Source of the DNA: the human T2T-CHM13v2.0 reference genome, Homo sapiens
Assembly (NCBI RefSeq): GCF_009914755.1
Contig: NC_060943.1
Reading direction: 5' to 3' (one strand)
Length of the DNA: 64,000 nt
Shown here: in pieces, positions 29,884 to 42,580 of the stretch
Numbering within the stretch: the first letter of the stretch is position 1
Layout of the letters: each line of letters starts with the position of its first letter
Program-made: the position numbers and the translations under genes
The notes under the pieces: generated by a model
What the model was told of the DNA's origin: nothing
What the model saw: the letters and a program-made list of their open reading frames with translations, nothing else
Databases searched by the model: none

Positions 29884-30016
29884 TCAGAGGAGCACACCCC
29901 TGATCTTGTATTCCTCGTCAATCCAAGGTCCATGTGAAATGGTCAGATGGGGAATTTTTTCTTCCACAGACATCAGGATCTTCTGAGTTTCTTCATCAAA
30001 GCCAGATTTGTGCAGC
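29884..30016 (-). CDS. NLRP9: NLRP9 terminal coding exon 9 ([12 protein letters not shown]...IRGVLL-stop)
   Basis: ttcccag|G acceptor, TGA at 29886-29884; translated by hand (not in ORF track); CDS total 2976 nt. Confidence 0.95.
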
Positions 30017-31403
30017 CTGGGAAAATAGAAATAAAGTTTTTTTTTTTGTTTTTCATTTTTACACAGTATTGCCTCTCTACATTCTGATGTCTACCTCTCC
30101 TCTCCTCTTTATTCTTTCCTAGAAATCACTGGGAGAATTGTACTGAATTTGAAAAACAAGCATGAATCTTTCCTATAGGATAGGAAGCCTCTGATTTATA
30201 CCATAAAGTGAAATTTCATATACAGGATGTATCAATTAAGATTTAATTCAAAAAAGATGAATTTAAGTTAAAAAGAAAAACACAGGATAACTTCCATTCA
30301 TCTGATGTTCATATGCCCTGGCACATCTATTGCTTCTTATAATGTGCTTGCTTAAAAAAAAAAAACATGAGCTTTTCTCAGAGACACTAATATAATGAAT
30401 TCATGTACCCATCACCAACTTCTACAATTACCAATATTCAGCCTCTTCCATTTACAACCTGCCCATTTTCTAAGAAATAATTAAAGCACATGCTACACCC
30501 ATAAATATGTCAAACGTTCTTGTCTGTTTTCGCTATTTTCAGTTCCTTTCGTGTCATTGTCCCCTGAACCCACCTCAACAAAGCTGGTTTTTGTAGTCAC
30601 CAATAACATCAATTTGTTAAATACATTCTATCCTACTTACCCAGTTAGCATTGAATACAGTTAATTACACTTTCTTGTTTATTTTTTCCCTTAGCTTACT
30701 GGACACGACTTCCTCCTGGCTTCTACTCCCTCAACAGCTATCGTTCTTGCTTTATACGTTGAATCTCTGTCTCTTTATAACTTCTAAATGTTCTCAGCAT
30801 CAGGAAAATATAAAAAATAAGTTCACAAATAATTGGTAAGACTGGAACATAGGCCTTCCTGAAAGAATATAACTAACATTTGCAATTCTCTTCTCCCCTC
30901 TCCCGTGTCCTTCCTTCTTGCCAGGTGTTCATAGTTATATGCCTTTTTATCTCCAATTATAAAAAGAAGTTGAGGAGGATTAGCAGGTCACAAAATTTCG
31001 TAGACATTTAGACACAGGAGAAGTAGGAGTTTATCTTAAATCTTCAGAGGTAGGGAAGATGGCTAAGTTTCCTTTCAGCTACAGCGACACTATGAGAAAG
31101 TTACCCAGAAATAACTGCTCTGAATGCTTGCTACTGTGGAGATGACATGTTTTGGGTGTGGGGATGGTGGTTGAAGAGAAGGGAGACATTATTATTATTA
31201 TTTTATAATGCAGGCCTTAAGTACCTGGCCTGTCCCTATGGGGACTGGGTCTCTGTCTCCTCTCTGAATTCATTTTTCCCTTTCTCTGCTATACAGCTCC
31301 CCGGGACTCCCTTCTGGCCCTGCAGGGTACAAGGCCTGGCCCCATCTCAGGGCCTTTATGTTTTGCTGTGCCCCCTTCACTTGGGGTCCTCCCTAGACAT
31401 TCG

Positions 31404-31777
31404 TGATATGGTTTGAATCTGTGTCCCCACCCAAATCTCATATTTAATTGTAATCCCCAATGTTGGAGGTGGGGCCTGGTGGGAGGTGACTGGATCATGG
31501 GGGTGGATCCTTCGTGAATGGTTGAGCACCATCCCTTTGGTGCTGTTCTCATGATAGAGTTCTCACGAGATCTGGTTGTTTAAAAGTGTGTGGCATCCCC
31601 CCTGCTTCCTTTCCTCCTGCTCCCGCCACCAAAGACGTGCCTATTTCTGCTTCACATTCCGCCATGATTCAAAGTTTCCTGTGGCTACCTCAGAAGCAGA
31701 AGCTGCTATGCTTCTTGTACAGCCTGCAGATGCATAAGCCAATTAAACCTCTTTCCTTTATAAGTTACCAGTCTCTG
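31404..31777 (+). mobile_element. MST (MaLR) LTR, 3' end lost at the adjacent Alu
   Basis: TGATATGGTTTGAATCTGTGTCCCCACCCAAATCTCAT ... AATTAAACCTCTTTCCTTTATAA. Confidence 0.85.
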
Positions 31778-31862
31778 CCAGGCATGGTGGCTCACGCTTG
31801 TAATCCCAGCTCTTTGAGAGGCTGAGGCAGGTGGATCACCTGAGGTCAGGAGTTCGAGACTA

Positions 31863-32117
<255 letters not shown>

Positions 32118-32467
32118 TTAGAGACACTAGCATAATGAATTCATGTACTCATCACCAACTTGAACAATTATCAATATTCAGCCTCTTCCATTTATACCCC
32201 GCCCATTTGTTTTTTAAAAAATAAAAAAATAACTTTTAAAAATTAAAAAAATAAAATCAGAAGGAAAAATTAACATAAAAAATTCATCCTACAGATTTCA
32301 AATAGGTACAACTCTAAAGGCAAACCTAATTTTCAGAACAACGTTAACTGCTGCCATTTGGCGAATGTATTTCTGAATCAAGACCTTAGCCCATTCCAGA
32401 AGCCCTTCTGAAGTCTGAGCTGGCGTTGCATATTTATGGGCAACGTAAGTAGAAGATGTTTTATAGA

Positions 32468-33252
32468 GCAGTGGTTCTCACCTGGTGCAACTGTGTCTCC
32501 GAGGGACTTCTGACAATTTCTGGAGCTCTTTTTGATTGTCACAACTGAGGGAAGTGCTACTGGCAACTCATGAGAAAGGCCGAGAATGTTGCTTGACATC
32601 TTACAATGTCAATGGTTTTTATATTTTATAGTGTCAACAGGGGCCCAAGGACAGGCCCCCACCACAAACAACCCTCCAGCCTGGCATCCATCATGTCGCG
32701 GTTGAGCAAATGGCCAATGAACTAAGCTCGTTCTGAAGTCACTCACCCCAAAGGAAACAGTGTCCACTCACCCCAGCATCTGCAGGGCACAGTCCGGGTG
32801 GCTCAATGCCTCACACAGCACCACCACTGCATCAGCATCCAAGGCAATCCAGTCGAGGTTCAGGCTCCTCAGTGTTTTGCAGGCGATGAGTGCTGCGGCG
32901 ATGTCGTCGCAGCAGGCACGGGTGATCGGACACGTTTGCAGCCTGCAAAAGGGAAACACACCAGAGAATCCACTCTAGCTTTGGGTAGGCTGGAAGGCAC
33001 GCCATTGTTACTTGCTAATTACACACCTCCCGGCAGGACGCTCTGCTGTCTAGACCCGGGCTTCTCAGCCAGGACGATTGTGCTCCTGGGGGACGTATGT
33101 CTAGTGACCTTTATCCCAACTGAAGGTGCTGCTGGCAACTTGAGGATAGTGTCCAGGGGCGCTGCTAAAGACCCTATCATGCACAGGATGGCCCCCAAGG
33201 CAAATAACTCTCCAGTTTCAAACAGCAAGAGTACCAAGACTGAGCAAACCCT
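32468..33252 (+). mobile_element. Two MER20 DNA transposons flanking NLRP9 exon 8 (~32468-32705, ~33058-33252)
   Basis: CAGTGGTTCTCA start, TTGTCACAACTG..TGCTACTGGCA, TGCTAAA..ATGCACAGGA motifs. Confidence 0.7.
32772..32942 (-). CDS. NLRP9: NLRP9 coding exon 8 (LRR, 171 nt)
   Basis: tgcag|G acceptor, GG|gtgagt donor; [18 protein letters not shown]... Confidence 0.96.
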
Positions 33253-33391
33253 GGGGCAGCATTTTACATATCAGATCGTCCCAGAGGGACTTGCTTTTAA
33301 ACCTGCCTCCCTTCCATTCTATTGACCCTCCAGCAATTCCTATTCTTGAAATAGATAAATTTTCCTACGATGGTGATCAGTAGATACTCAC

Positions 33392-33562
33392 CCGAGACAC
33401 TCTAATTTACAGTGAGGATGCTGCAAAGCTGCACATAACTGTCTGACACCAGTGTCTCCTATTTCATTATGCCCAAGTTTCAGGGTCTTCAGTTTCCCAT
33501 TGCAAATAAGAACAGCAGCAATGTCCTTACAGGAATCGGAAGTAAGGAAACAGCCCATCAAC
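33392..33562 (-). CDS. NLRP9: NLRP9 coding exon 7 (LRR, 171 nt)
   Basis: cccag|G acceptor, GG|gtgagt donor; [18 protein letters not shown]... Confidence 0.96.
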
Positions 33563-33671
33563 CTGGGGAGGTGGAAGACACACAAATACGTACACTTATG
33601 AGGTCAATCATAACAGCCCACCTTATTTTCATTTATTCATATGACGCAAGAAATACCCAAGTAAATCTGAG

Positions 33672-35810
33672 ATGATGAGGAGGGTGGGGAGGGGAAGGAG
33701 GAGAGAAGAATGAGGGAGGAGAGAAGAGCAGAGGACGGGAGGGTGGGAGAATGAGGGAGGAGGGAAGAAGGGGAGAAAGAGGAGGGAGAGGAGTGGGAGG
33801 GGAAGAAGAGGGGAGGAAGAGGAGTGGGAGGGGAAGGAGGGGGAGGAGGAGGAGGGGGGAGGAGGAGGAGGGGGGAGGAGATGGAGGAGGGGGGAGGAGA
33901 AGGGGAGGCGGAAAGGGAGGGGAAGGGGAGGGGAGGAGAGGAGGGGAAGGGGAGGGGAGGAGGGAGGGGGAGGGGAGGAGAGGAGCGGAGGGGGAGGAGA
34001 GGAGGGAGGGGGGAGGAGAGGAGCGGGAGGGGAGGGGGAGGGAGGAGGGGAGGGGGAGGAGAGGAGGGGAGGGGAGAGGAGGGGGGAGGAGAGGAGGAGG
34101 AGGGGGAGGAGGGGATGGGAGGGGGAGGAGAGGAGGGGGAGGAGAGGGGGAGAGGAGGGGGAGAGGAGGGAGGAGGGGGGGAGAGGGGGAGAGGAGGGGA
34201 GAGGAGGGGAGAGGAGGGGGGGAGAGGAGGGGGAGGAGAGGAGGGGGAGGAGAGGGGGAGAGGAGAGGGGGAGAGGAGGGGAGGAGAGGAGGGGAGAGGA
34301 GGGGGGAGGAGAGGAGGGGAGGAGAGGGGAGAGGAGAGGGGGAGAGGAGGGGGAGGGAGAGGAGGGGAGGGGAGAGAGGAGAGGAGGGGGAGGAAGAGGG
34401 GAGGAGGAGGAGGGGGAGGGGAGGAAGAGGGGGGAGGAAGAGGGGAGGAGGAGGAGGGGAGGGGAGGAGAGGAGGGGGAGGGGAGGAGGAGGGAGGAGAG
34501 GGGGAGGGGAGGGGAGGAGGAGGGAAAGAGAGGAGGGAGGGGAGGAGAGGAGGGGGAGGAGGAGGGGGAGGAGGAGGGGGAGGAGGAGGGGGAGGAGGAG
34601 GGGGAGGAGGAGGGAGGGGTAGAAGGGGGAGAAAGGGCAGAAAGGGCAGAAAGGGAAGGGGGAGAAGTGGCAGAAAGGGAAGGGGGAGAAGGGGAGGGGG
34701 AGAAGGGGAAGGAAGGGGAGGGTGAGAAGGAGTCGGAAGGGGAGGGGGAGAAGGGGAGGAAGGGGAGGGGTGGGAGGAGGAGGAGGGAGAAGGAGGAGGG
34801 GGAGGAAGGGGAGGTGGAGGGGAGGAAGGGGAGGGAGGGGAGGAAGGGGAGGTGAGGGGAGGAAGGGGAGGGGGAGGTAGGGGAGGGGGAGAAGGGGAGG
34901 GGAGGGAGAGGAGGGAAAGGGGAGGGGAGGATGGGAGGGAGGGCAAAGGGGGCAAAGGAAGGGGAAGGGGAAGGGGAAGGGGAAGGGGGAAGGGGAAGGG
35001 GAAGGGGAAGGGGAAGGGGGGAAGGGGGAAGGGGGAAGGGGGAGGGGAAGGGGAAGGGGAGGGGAAGGGGGAGGGTGCGGGGAAGGGGGAGGGGAAAGGG
35101 AATGGGGAGGGGAAAGGGGAATGGGAGGGAAGGGGGAGGGAAGGAGGGGGGAAGGGGAGGGAGGAGGGAATGGGAGGGAAAAGGGGGAGGAGGGAGAGAG
35201 AAGGAGGAATAGGGAGGAGGGGAAAGGGGAGGAGGGAAGGGAGGGGAAAGGGGAGGAGGGAAGGGAGGGAAAGGGGAGGAGGGAGGGAAAGGGGGAGGAG
35301 GGAAGGGAGGGGAAAGGGGAGGAGGGAAGGGAGGGGAAAGGGGGAGGAGGGAAGGGAGGGGAAAGGGGGAGGAGGGAAGGGAGGGAAAGGGGGAGGGAGG
35401 AGGAAGGGGGAGGGAGGAGGAAGGGGGAGGGAGGCGGGGGAGGAGGAGGAGGGGAGGGAGGGGGGAGGGAGGGGGGAGGGGAGGAGGGGGAGGGGGGAGG
35501 GGAGGAGGGGGAGGGAGGAGGAAGGAGGGGGAGGGAGGAGGAAGGGAGGGGGAGGGAGGAGGAACGGAGGGGGAGGGAGGAGGAACGGAGGGGGAGGGAG
35601 GAGGAACGGAGGGGGAGGGAGGAGGAACGGAGGGGGGAGGGAGGAGGAACGGAGGGGGAGGGAGGAGGGAGGGGAGGGAGGAGGGAGGGGGAGGGAGGAG
35701 GGAGGGGAGGGAGGAGGGAGGAGGGAGGGGAGGGGGAGGAGGGGGAGGGAGGAGGGAGGGGAGGAGGAGGGGGAGGAAGAGAGGAGGAGGGAAGACAAAG
35801 AAGGTGGAAG
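33672..35810 (+). repeat. ~2.1 kb polypurine (G/A) low-complexity tract with 6-, 12-, 21- and 24-bp periodic subdomains
   Basis: almost no pyrimidines on the + strand; (GGGGAA)n, (GGAGGAGGGGGA)n, (GGAGGGAAGGGAGGGGAAAGGGGA)n, (GGAGGAACGGAGGGGGAGGGA)x4. Confidence 0.97.
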
Positions 35811-36386
35811 CAGCAATGACTTCCCAGTTCCTCCACCTTCCCTACTCTGCTCCAACACTTTGGGGTCCCTGCACTTCTTCTCTCCTGCCTGGCTCTCTTT
35901 TCTCTGTGGCCTCTCCTCATTATTCTCCCTGGTTGAAATGCTCCTGCCCCAATTATCAGCATAGCTACCTCCTCCCCACCTTCAAATCCCTGTGCAAATG
36001 TCACCTTTTTGGTGAGCCCTCCCCTGACTATTTTGTATATCATGTGTCCAATCCCTCTCCAGGCCCCAAGCTGGTGATTCCTTACAGTACTTATTACTCC
36101 CTAATACAGATAGACAGAAAAATGGTAGATAGAGGACAGAGGATAGGGGACAGATGAATAGTTAATAGATGATAAATGACAGATGACATATAGATACATG
36201 ATACACATAGATGTGTGGATAGGCACGTGTCTACCCACACTCACACATATATATGTATGTGTCTGATGTATGTACTTGTGTGTTGGTGGCTCTCAGGCAG
36301 GCAAGATTTTTGCCCACCAGAGGACACTGGTAGTGTCTGGAGACATTTTTGGTCTACCACGCTAGGAGAGAAAGTGCCCTGGCACC

Positions 36387-37268
36387 TTCTCTCCCTCCTC
36401 CCTCCTCCTCCCTCCCTCCTCCCCTCTCCCTCTTACTCCCCTCCTCCTCTCCCCTCCCTCCCCACCTCTCCCTCTCCCCTCCCCACCTCTCCCCTCTCCC
36501 TCCCCACCTCTCCCCTCCCTCCCCACCTCTCCCCTCTCCCTCCCCACCTCTCCCCTCCCTCCCCACCTCTCCCTCTCCCTCCCCACCTCCCCTCTCCCTC
36601 CCCACCTCCCCTCTCCTCCCCACCTCTCCCCTCTCCCTCCCCACCTCTCCCCTCTCCCTCCCCACCTCTCCCCTCTCCCTCCCCACCTCTCCCTCTCCCT
36701 CCCCACCTCTTCCCCCCCGCCTCCCCCACCTCTTCCCCCCGCCTCCCACCCTCTTCCCCCCCCTGCCTCCCCACCTCTTCCCCCCTCCTCCCACCTCTCC
36801 CCCTCTCCCCTCCCCACCTCTTCCCCCTCCTCCCCACCTCTCCCCTCTCCCTCCCCACCTCTTCCCCCCGCCTCCCCACCTCTTCCCCCCCGCCTCCCCA
36901 CCTCTTCCCCCCTCCTCCCCACCTCTTCCCCCCTCCTCCCCACCTCTTCCCCCTCCTCCCCACCTCTTCCCCCCTCCTCCCCACCTCTTCCCCCCCGCCT
37001 CCCCACCTCTTCCCCCCCCCTCCTCCCCACCTCTTCCCCCTCCTCCCCACCTCTTCCCCCTCCTCCCCACCTCTTCCCCCTCCTCCCCCACCTCTTCCCC
37101 CCCCTCCCTCCCCACCTCTTCCCCCCTCCTCCCCACCTCTTCCCCCCCTCCTCCCCCCTTCCCCCTCGTCCCTTACCTCTTTCATCCTCTCTTCCGCTCC
37201 TGCCCCGACTTCCATCCCCTCTTCCCCTCTCCTCCCCCATCCTCCCCTCTCCTCCCTCGTTCTTCTCT
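36387..37268 (+). repeat. C-rich ~21-bp minisatellite (CTCCCCACCTCTCCCCTCTCC / CTCCCCACCTCTTCCCCCCTC) inside a MER20
   Basis: about 30+ CCCCACCTC cores; MER20 halves at ~36288-36388 and ~37270-37385. Confidence 0.95.
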
Positions 37269-37590
37269 GCTCATCTAGTGGCTGAGAACCAGGGAAGCTG
37301 CTCAACACCCTAGGAAGCATGGGACAGCAGCCCCAACAACACAGAATGAATTGGGCTAAAATGCCCCCATGTCAATACTGAGAATCTAGGATGCAGACAC
37401 ATCCTTGCAGCCTCACACATGCATGTGTGTGTATCTGACACTCCATCAGATGGAAGTCCATGGGAACAGGGATGTTAGAATGCTCTATTGACCAACTTAT
37501 CCACCTAGAAGCATCTTCAGTTCCTAGCAGAGGGAATGAATGAGTCTCACGCTCTGACTGTCATTTATCAAGAGTGTATGACAAGCCAGG

Positions 37591-37805
37591 CATTGATCAT
37601 AGTCCTTCATGTGTGTGATTCCAACTGGCCATCTCGATTCTTTAAGGAGGAGGCTCTAGCTATCCTCTCATTACCTGGGGAGAGGTGAGTCACCTGCATG
37701 CATTGATCATAGTCCTTCATGTGTGTGATTCCAACTGGCCATCTCGATTCTTTAAGGAGGCTCTAGCTATCCTCTCATTACCTGGGGAGAGGTGAGTCAC
37801 CTGCA
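37591..37805 (+). repeat. Near-perfect 110-bp tandem duplication
   Basis: copies start at 37591 and 37701; differ by one 3-bp AGG indel. Confidence 0.97.
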
Positions 37806-37987
37806 CAAGCTCAGGCAGTCAGGGCCACTCGGGACTCCATCCAGGCCTTTCTAGGGCTGGAGACCCAACTCCTGAGTCCCCTGCTGTGTCCTTACAACTC
37901 CTTCCCACTGAAGGTTCCCAGAACCAGGTGGGGTAAATGTATAGCCTCATCTGGATTTTTTTTTTTCAGAAGACACCATTCTCTTCT

Positions 37988-38340
37988 TGTCTCAGTCTAT
38001 TTGGGCTGGTATAACAAAATGCCATAGACTGAAACGGGTCCCTTATAGACAACAGAAATGTATTTCTCACAGTTCTGGAGCCGGGAAGTCCAAGATCAAG
38101 ATGCCAACAAATTCAGTGTCTGGCGAGGGCCACGTTCTGCTTTGGAAGTGGCATTTTCTCACGGCGTCCACAGATGGTGGAAGGGGCAGAAGAGTCTCTG
38201 GGGCCTCTTTTATAGGTGTGGGAGACTCCACCCTCATAACCTCATCACCTCCCAGAGGATCCACCTCCTAGTACCATCAGCCTGGGGGTGAGGACCCAAC
38301 ATACGAATTTTGGGAGGACATATACATTCAGATGCTAGCA
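37988..38340 (-). mobile_element. MLT1A/MST-type MaLR LTR
   Basis: antisense MaLR motifs ACAACAGAAATGTATTTCTCACAGTTCTGGAG..GGAAGTCCAAGATCAAG. Confidence 0.8.
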
Positions 38341-38423
38341 TATCCCTTTCCTATGTCTTTCCTAGAGCCACAGTATCCAAAAAAAGAAACCCTGACATTG
38401 AAGCAAATCATGGCCGGTCCTAC

Positions 38424-38594
38424 CACAGCTCCCGTATGCTGCAGCCTGGGTGCTTCAGCGCTGCACACAGAGATGCCACTCCATTATCTTCCAGGGCATT
38501 TGAGCCCAGATCGAGGAGGGACAGGGACTTACTGCACAAGAGGACTTCGGAAATGGAGTCACAGGAGACAGAGGTGAGACAGCAGTACATCAAC
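38424..38594 (-). CDS. NLRP9: NLRP9 coding exon 6 (LRR, 171 nt)
   Basis: tgcag|G acceptor, TG|gtagga donor; [18 protein letters not shown]... Confidence 0.96.
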
Positions 38595-38892
38595 CTGCAA
38601 AGAAACACACCGTCTCCCAGCCTGCTGAACAGCAGTACATCATTCTGCAGAGAAACACACCATCTCCCAGCCCACTGAAGCTTCCTATGGTAATATTACC
38701 ATATTTTCTTTGTCCCAGGCAAAACCTTTCCAGATGTTCCTTGAACTCTGCTGTCACTCAAGAAAATAAGGAGCTGGGTGCGGTGCCTCACGCCTGTCAT
38801 CCCAGCACTTTGGGAGGCTGAGGCGGGCGGATCACCTGAGATAAGGAGTTTGAGACCAGCATGACCCACATGGTGAACTCCTGTCTCTACTA

Positions 38893-39051
<159 letters not shown>

Positions 39052-39595
39052 TCAAAAAAAAGAAAAGGGGATTAAAACTTGTAACACCTACAGATGTACA
39101 GAAAGATGAATGTGGAATACAGTGTCCCAACAAACAATCTCAGATTCCAGTTCCAAGTCACATCATCACCAGCTGGAAGACCTAGGGCAAAAGTCACCCA
39201 TTCTTTGCAACAGAGTATACATATGGCTTAACGGAATGTACTGGACGATATCCCATGTAGAATAATTTTTGTTTTGTTGTTTAATACACATATTTAAGGT
39301 TTTGTTAAAAGAATAGATTTTAAGTGCTCTAGTCACAAAAAAATAAAATGCTTCAATGATGTCAGATGATGAGTATGTTAGTTTCCTTGACGACAGTCAA
39401 CATTTTACTATGGATATGTATGTCAAATACTTTTTGTTTTAAAAATTATTTAATCACAATGTACCGTATACTTCGCTGAGAGTTGATTTTAAATGTTCTC
39501 ACATCCTCCAAAATGATAACTCTGTTAATTAGCTTGATTATAGTAATCATTTTACAGTGTATGCATATATCAGAACATCACACTGTATGGCTTAA

Positions 39596-39940
<345 letters not shown>

Positions 39941-40096
39941 TGATGAGCAACTGAGGCGTGGGAAAGGAACTCAGGTCTAGCTACGGATTCCGCATTCTGC
40001 TGCACCCCTCAGTGAGCACCGCGTTGCTTTGATAATGGGTGGATCCAGGTGCACGCTTCAGAAATCTCCGAACGTGCTTCCCGCAGACCAACTTAC

Positions 40097-40267
40097 ATCA
40101 GCCTCTCCAGGGCACAGTGTGAGTGCTTCAGGGCTTCACACAGCAACGTCATTCCTTCGTCCCTCAAGGGATTTTCTACCAAGGAGAGGTGTTTCAGCTT
40201 GCTGTTGCAGGCCAGGACGGAGGCGATGTCTTCACAAACTTCACTGGAGATGTCACACTTTCCCAGT
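40097..40267 (-). CDS. NLRP9: NLRP9 coding exon 5 (LRR, 171 nt)
   Basis: tgtag|A acceptor, AT|gtaagt donor; [18 protein letters not shown]... Confidence 0.96.
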
Positions 40268-40358
40268 CTACATGTGAAACACACACCATGAGACGGACCA
40301 AAGCTTTCAATCGCTCATGAAACATTATCCACAGACCAAACGACACCTCTGATTCTAG

Positions 40359-40738
<380 letters not shown>

Positions 40739-40979
40739 TGACTCCCTCATTAATCCCGTAGGTTTGCACTGAAGTTAGGAAAAATGTCAAAGCCCACGCT
40801 TCTCACCACCTGGGGTGATTTGCCCTAATGGAGACATGTGGAAATGTCTGCATATATTATTGGCTGTCACGATGGAGGCAGCCAGGAATGCTGCTCAACG
40901 TCCTTTAGTGAACAGGACAGACCCTGCCACAAAGAAGTATCCAGAACTCGATAAATCTGACTCTCTGTCAATAGCACTA

Positions 40980-42580
40980 CAAGAAATAGGAAAACCCAAA
41001 CTGTGTTTTTTTTCCTACTTTCACACACTCAGCGCAACACGCTTCTGTGGCCGGAGACGGGAGGGCAGCTCTTTTGCAGCCACTAAGTAGGTGTCCTAAA
41101 ACTTAACCCAATCCTGACACTTCCCAGAGGAGCTAGACACAGAGTTGATCGATTATGCCTGTGTGATGAAACCTCCATAAAAATCCTACAAGAATGTGGT
41201 TCAGAGAGCGTCCAGGTTGGCAAACACATCCACACGCCACGCCCCAGCTCCACAGGGACAGATGCTCCTGCACTCGTGTGGGGAAAAGAATGAGAGATCA
41301 GATTGTTACTGTGTCTGTGTAGAAAAGGAAGACATAAGAAACTCCACTTTGATCTGTACTAAGAAAAACTGTTCTGTTTTGAGATGCTGATAATCCATAA
41401 CTTTAGCCTCAACCCTGTGCTCACAGAAACACGTGGTTTAATGGATTTAGGGCTGTGCAGCATGTGCCTTGTTAACCATATGTTTGCAGGCAGTATACTT
41501 GGTAAAAGTCATGGCCATCCTCCAGTCTCGATTAACCAGGGACACAATGCACTGCGGAAAGCCGCAGGGACCTCTGCCCGAGAAAGCCTGGGTATTGTCC
41601 AAGGTTTCCCCCACTGAGACAGCCTGAGATATGGCCTCATGGGAAAGGAAAGACTTTACCATCCCCCAACCCGACACCCGTAAAGGGTCTGTGCTGAGGA
41701 GGAGGAGTGAAAGAGGGAGGCCTCTTTGCAGTTGAGATAAGAGGAAGGCTTCTGTCTCCTGCTGGTCCCTGGGAATGGAATGTCTAGGTGTAAAGCTGAC
41801 CATTCCCATTCATTCCATTCTGAGATAGGAGAAAATTGCCCTGTGGCTGGAGGCGAGATATGCTGGCAGCAATACTGCTCTGTGACTCTTTGCTACACTG
41901 AGATGTTTGGATGAAGAGAAACATAAATCTAGCCTACGTGCACATACGGGCACAGTACCTTTCCTTGAACTTATTCATGATACAGATTCCTTCGCTCACA
42001 TGTTTCTCTGCTGACCCTCTCCCCACCTGTTGCCCAGCCACATTCCCCTCGCCAAGATAGTAAAAATAGTGATCAATAAATACTGAGGGAACTCAGAGAC
42101 CAGCGCCAGTGCGGGTCCTCGCACGTTAAGCGTCTGTCCCCTGGGCCCACTGTTCTTTCTCTATACTTTGTCTCTGTGTCTTGTTTCTTTTCTGAGTCTC
42201 TCATCTCCACCTGACTAGAAATACCCACAGGTGTGGAGGGGCTGGCCCCCTTCACACTCAGGACCCTTCCAGATCTCATCCTGTGTGTCTATCTGGCTGC
42301 ACATCTGTATTTTTCAGATCATTTATTAAATTGAGAGTCAGATCCCAGCTGCACATCTGTATCTTTCAGATCATTTATTAAATTAGGTGAGAGTCAGATC
42401 CCACACGGTAGGAGCTCAGTCCCACAAGATCACCCTTGACTTCAGATGCCAGTTGCAAGCGCTGGGTTGCTCTGCCTGTGTTTGACCAACCGGCTATACA
42501 TGGGGGTTCCCCTGACCCCTTCCTTGGGTTAGACTGATTTGCTAGAGTGGATCACAGACCTCAGGAAAACAATTACATTT
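40980..42580. mobile_element. MER21-like LTR pieces in both orientations hosting the LTR5
   Basis: GCTCCTGCACTC|AGGACCCTTCCAGA split by LTR5; GTCAGATCCCAC..GCTCAGTCCCACAAGA at ~42394. Confidence 0.55.
41277..42254 (+). mobile_element. HERV-K(HML-2) solo LTR, LTR5A/B-like
   Basis: TGTGGGGAAAAG..GAGATCAGATTGTTACTGTGTC start, CCCCTTCA end, AATAAA at 42075, 6-bp TSD cactcg/cactca. Confidence 0.92.

Noticed and set aside
33629-36043. 804-aa and 741-aa Pro/Ser/Leu ORFs and the Gly/Arg/Glu ORFs on the opposite strand
   Set aside because: Stop codons need both T and A on one strand, so pure purine or pyrimidine tracts are open in most frames; there is no domain content and the region is intronic
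36215-37320. 260-356 aa ORFs across the C-rich minisatellite
   Set aside because: Same compositional artefact; open in multiple frames on both strands
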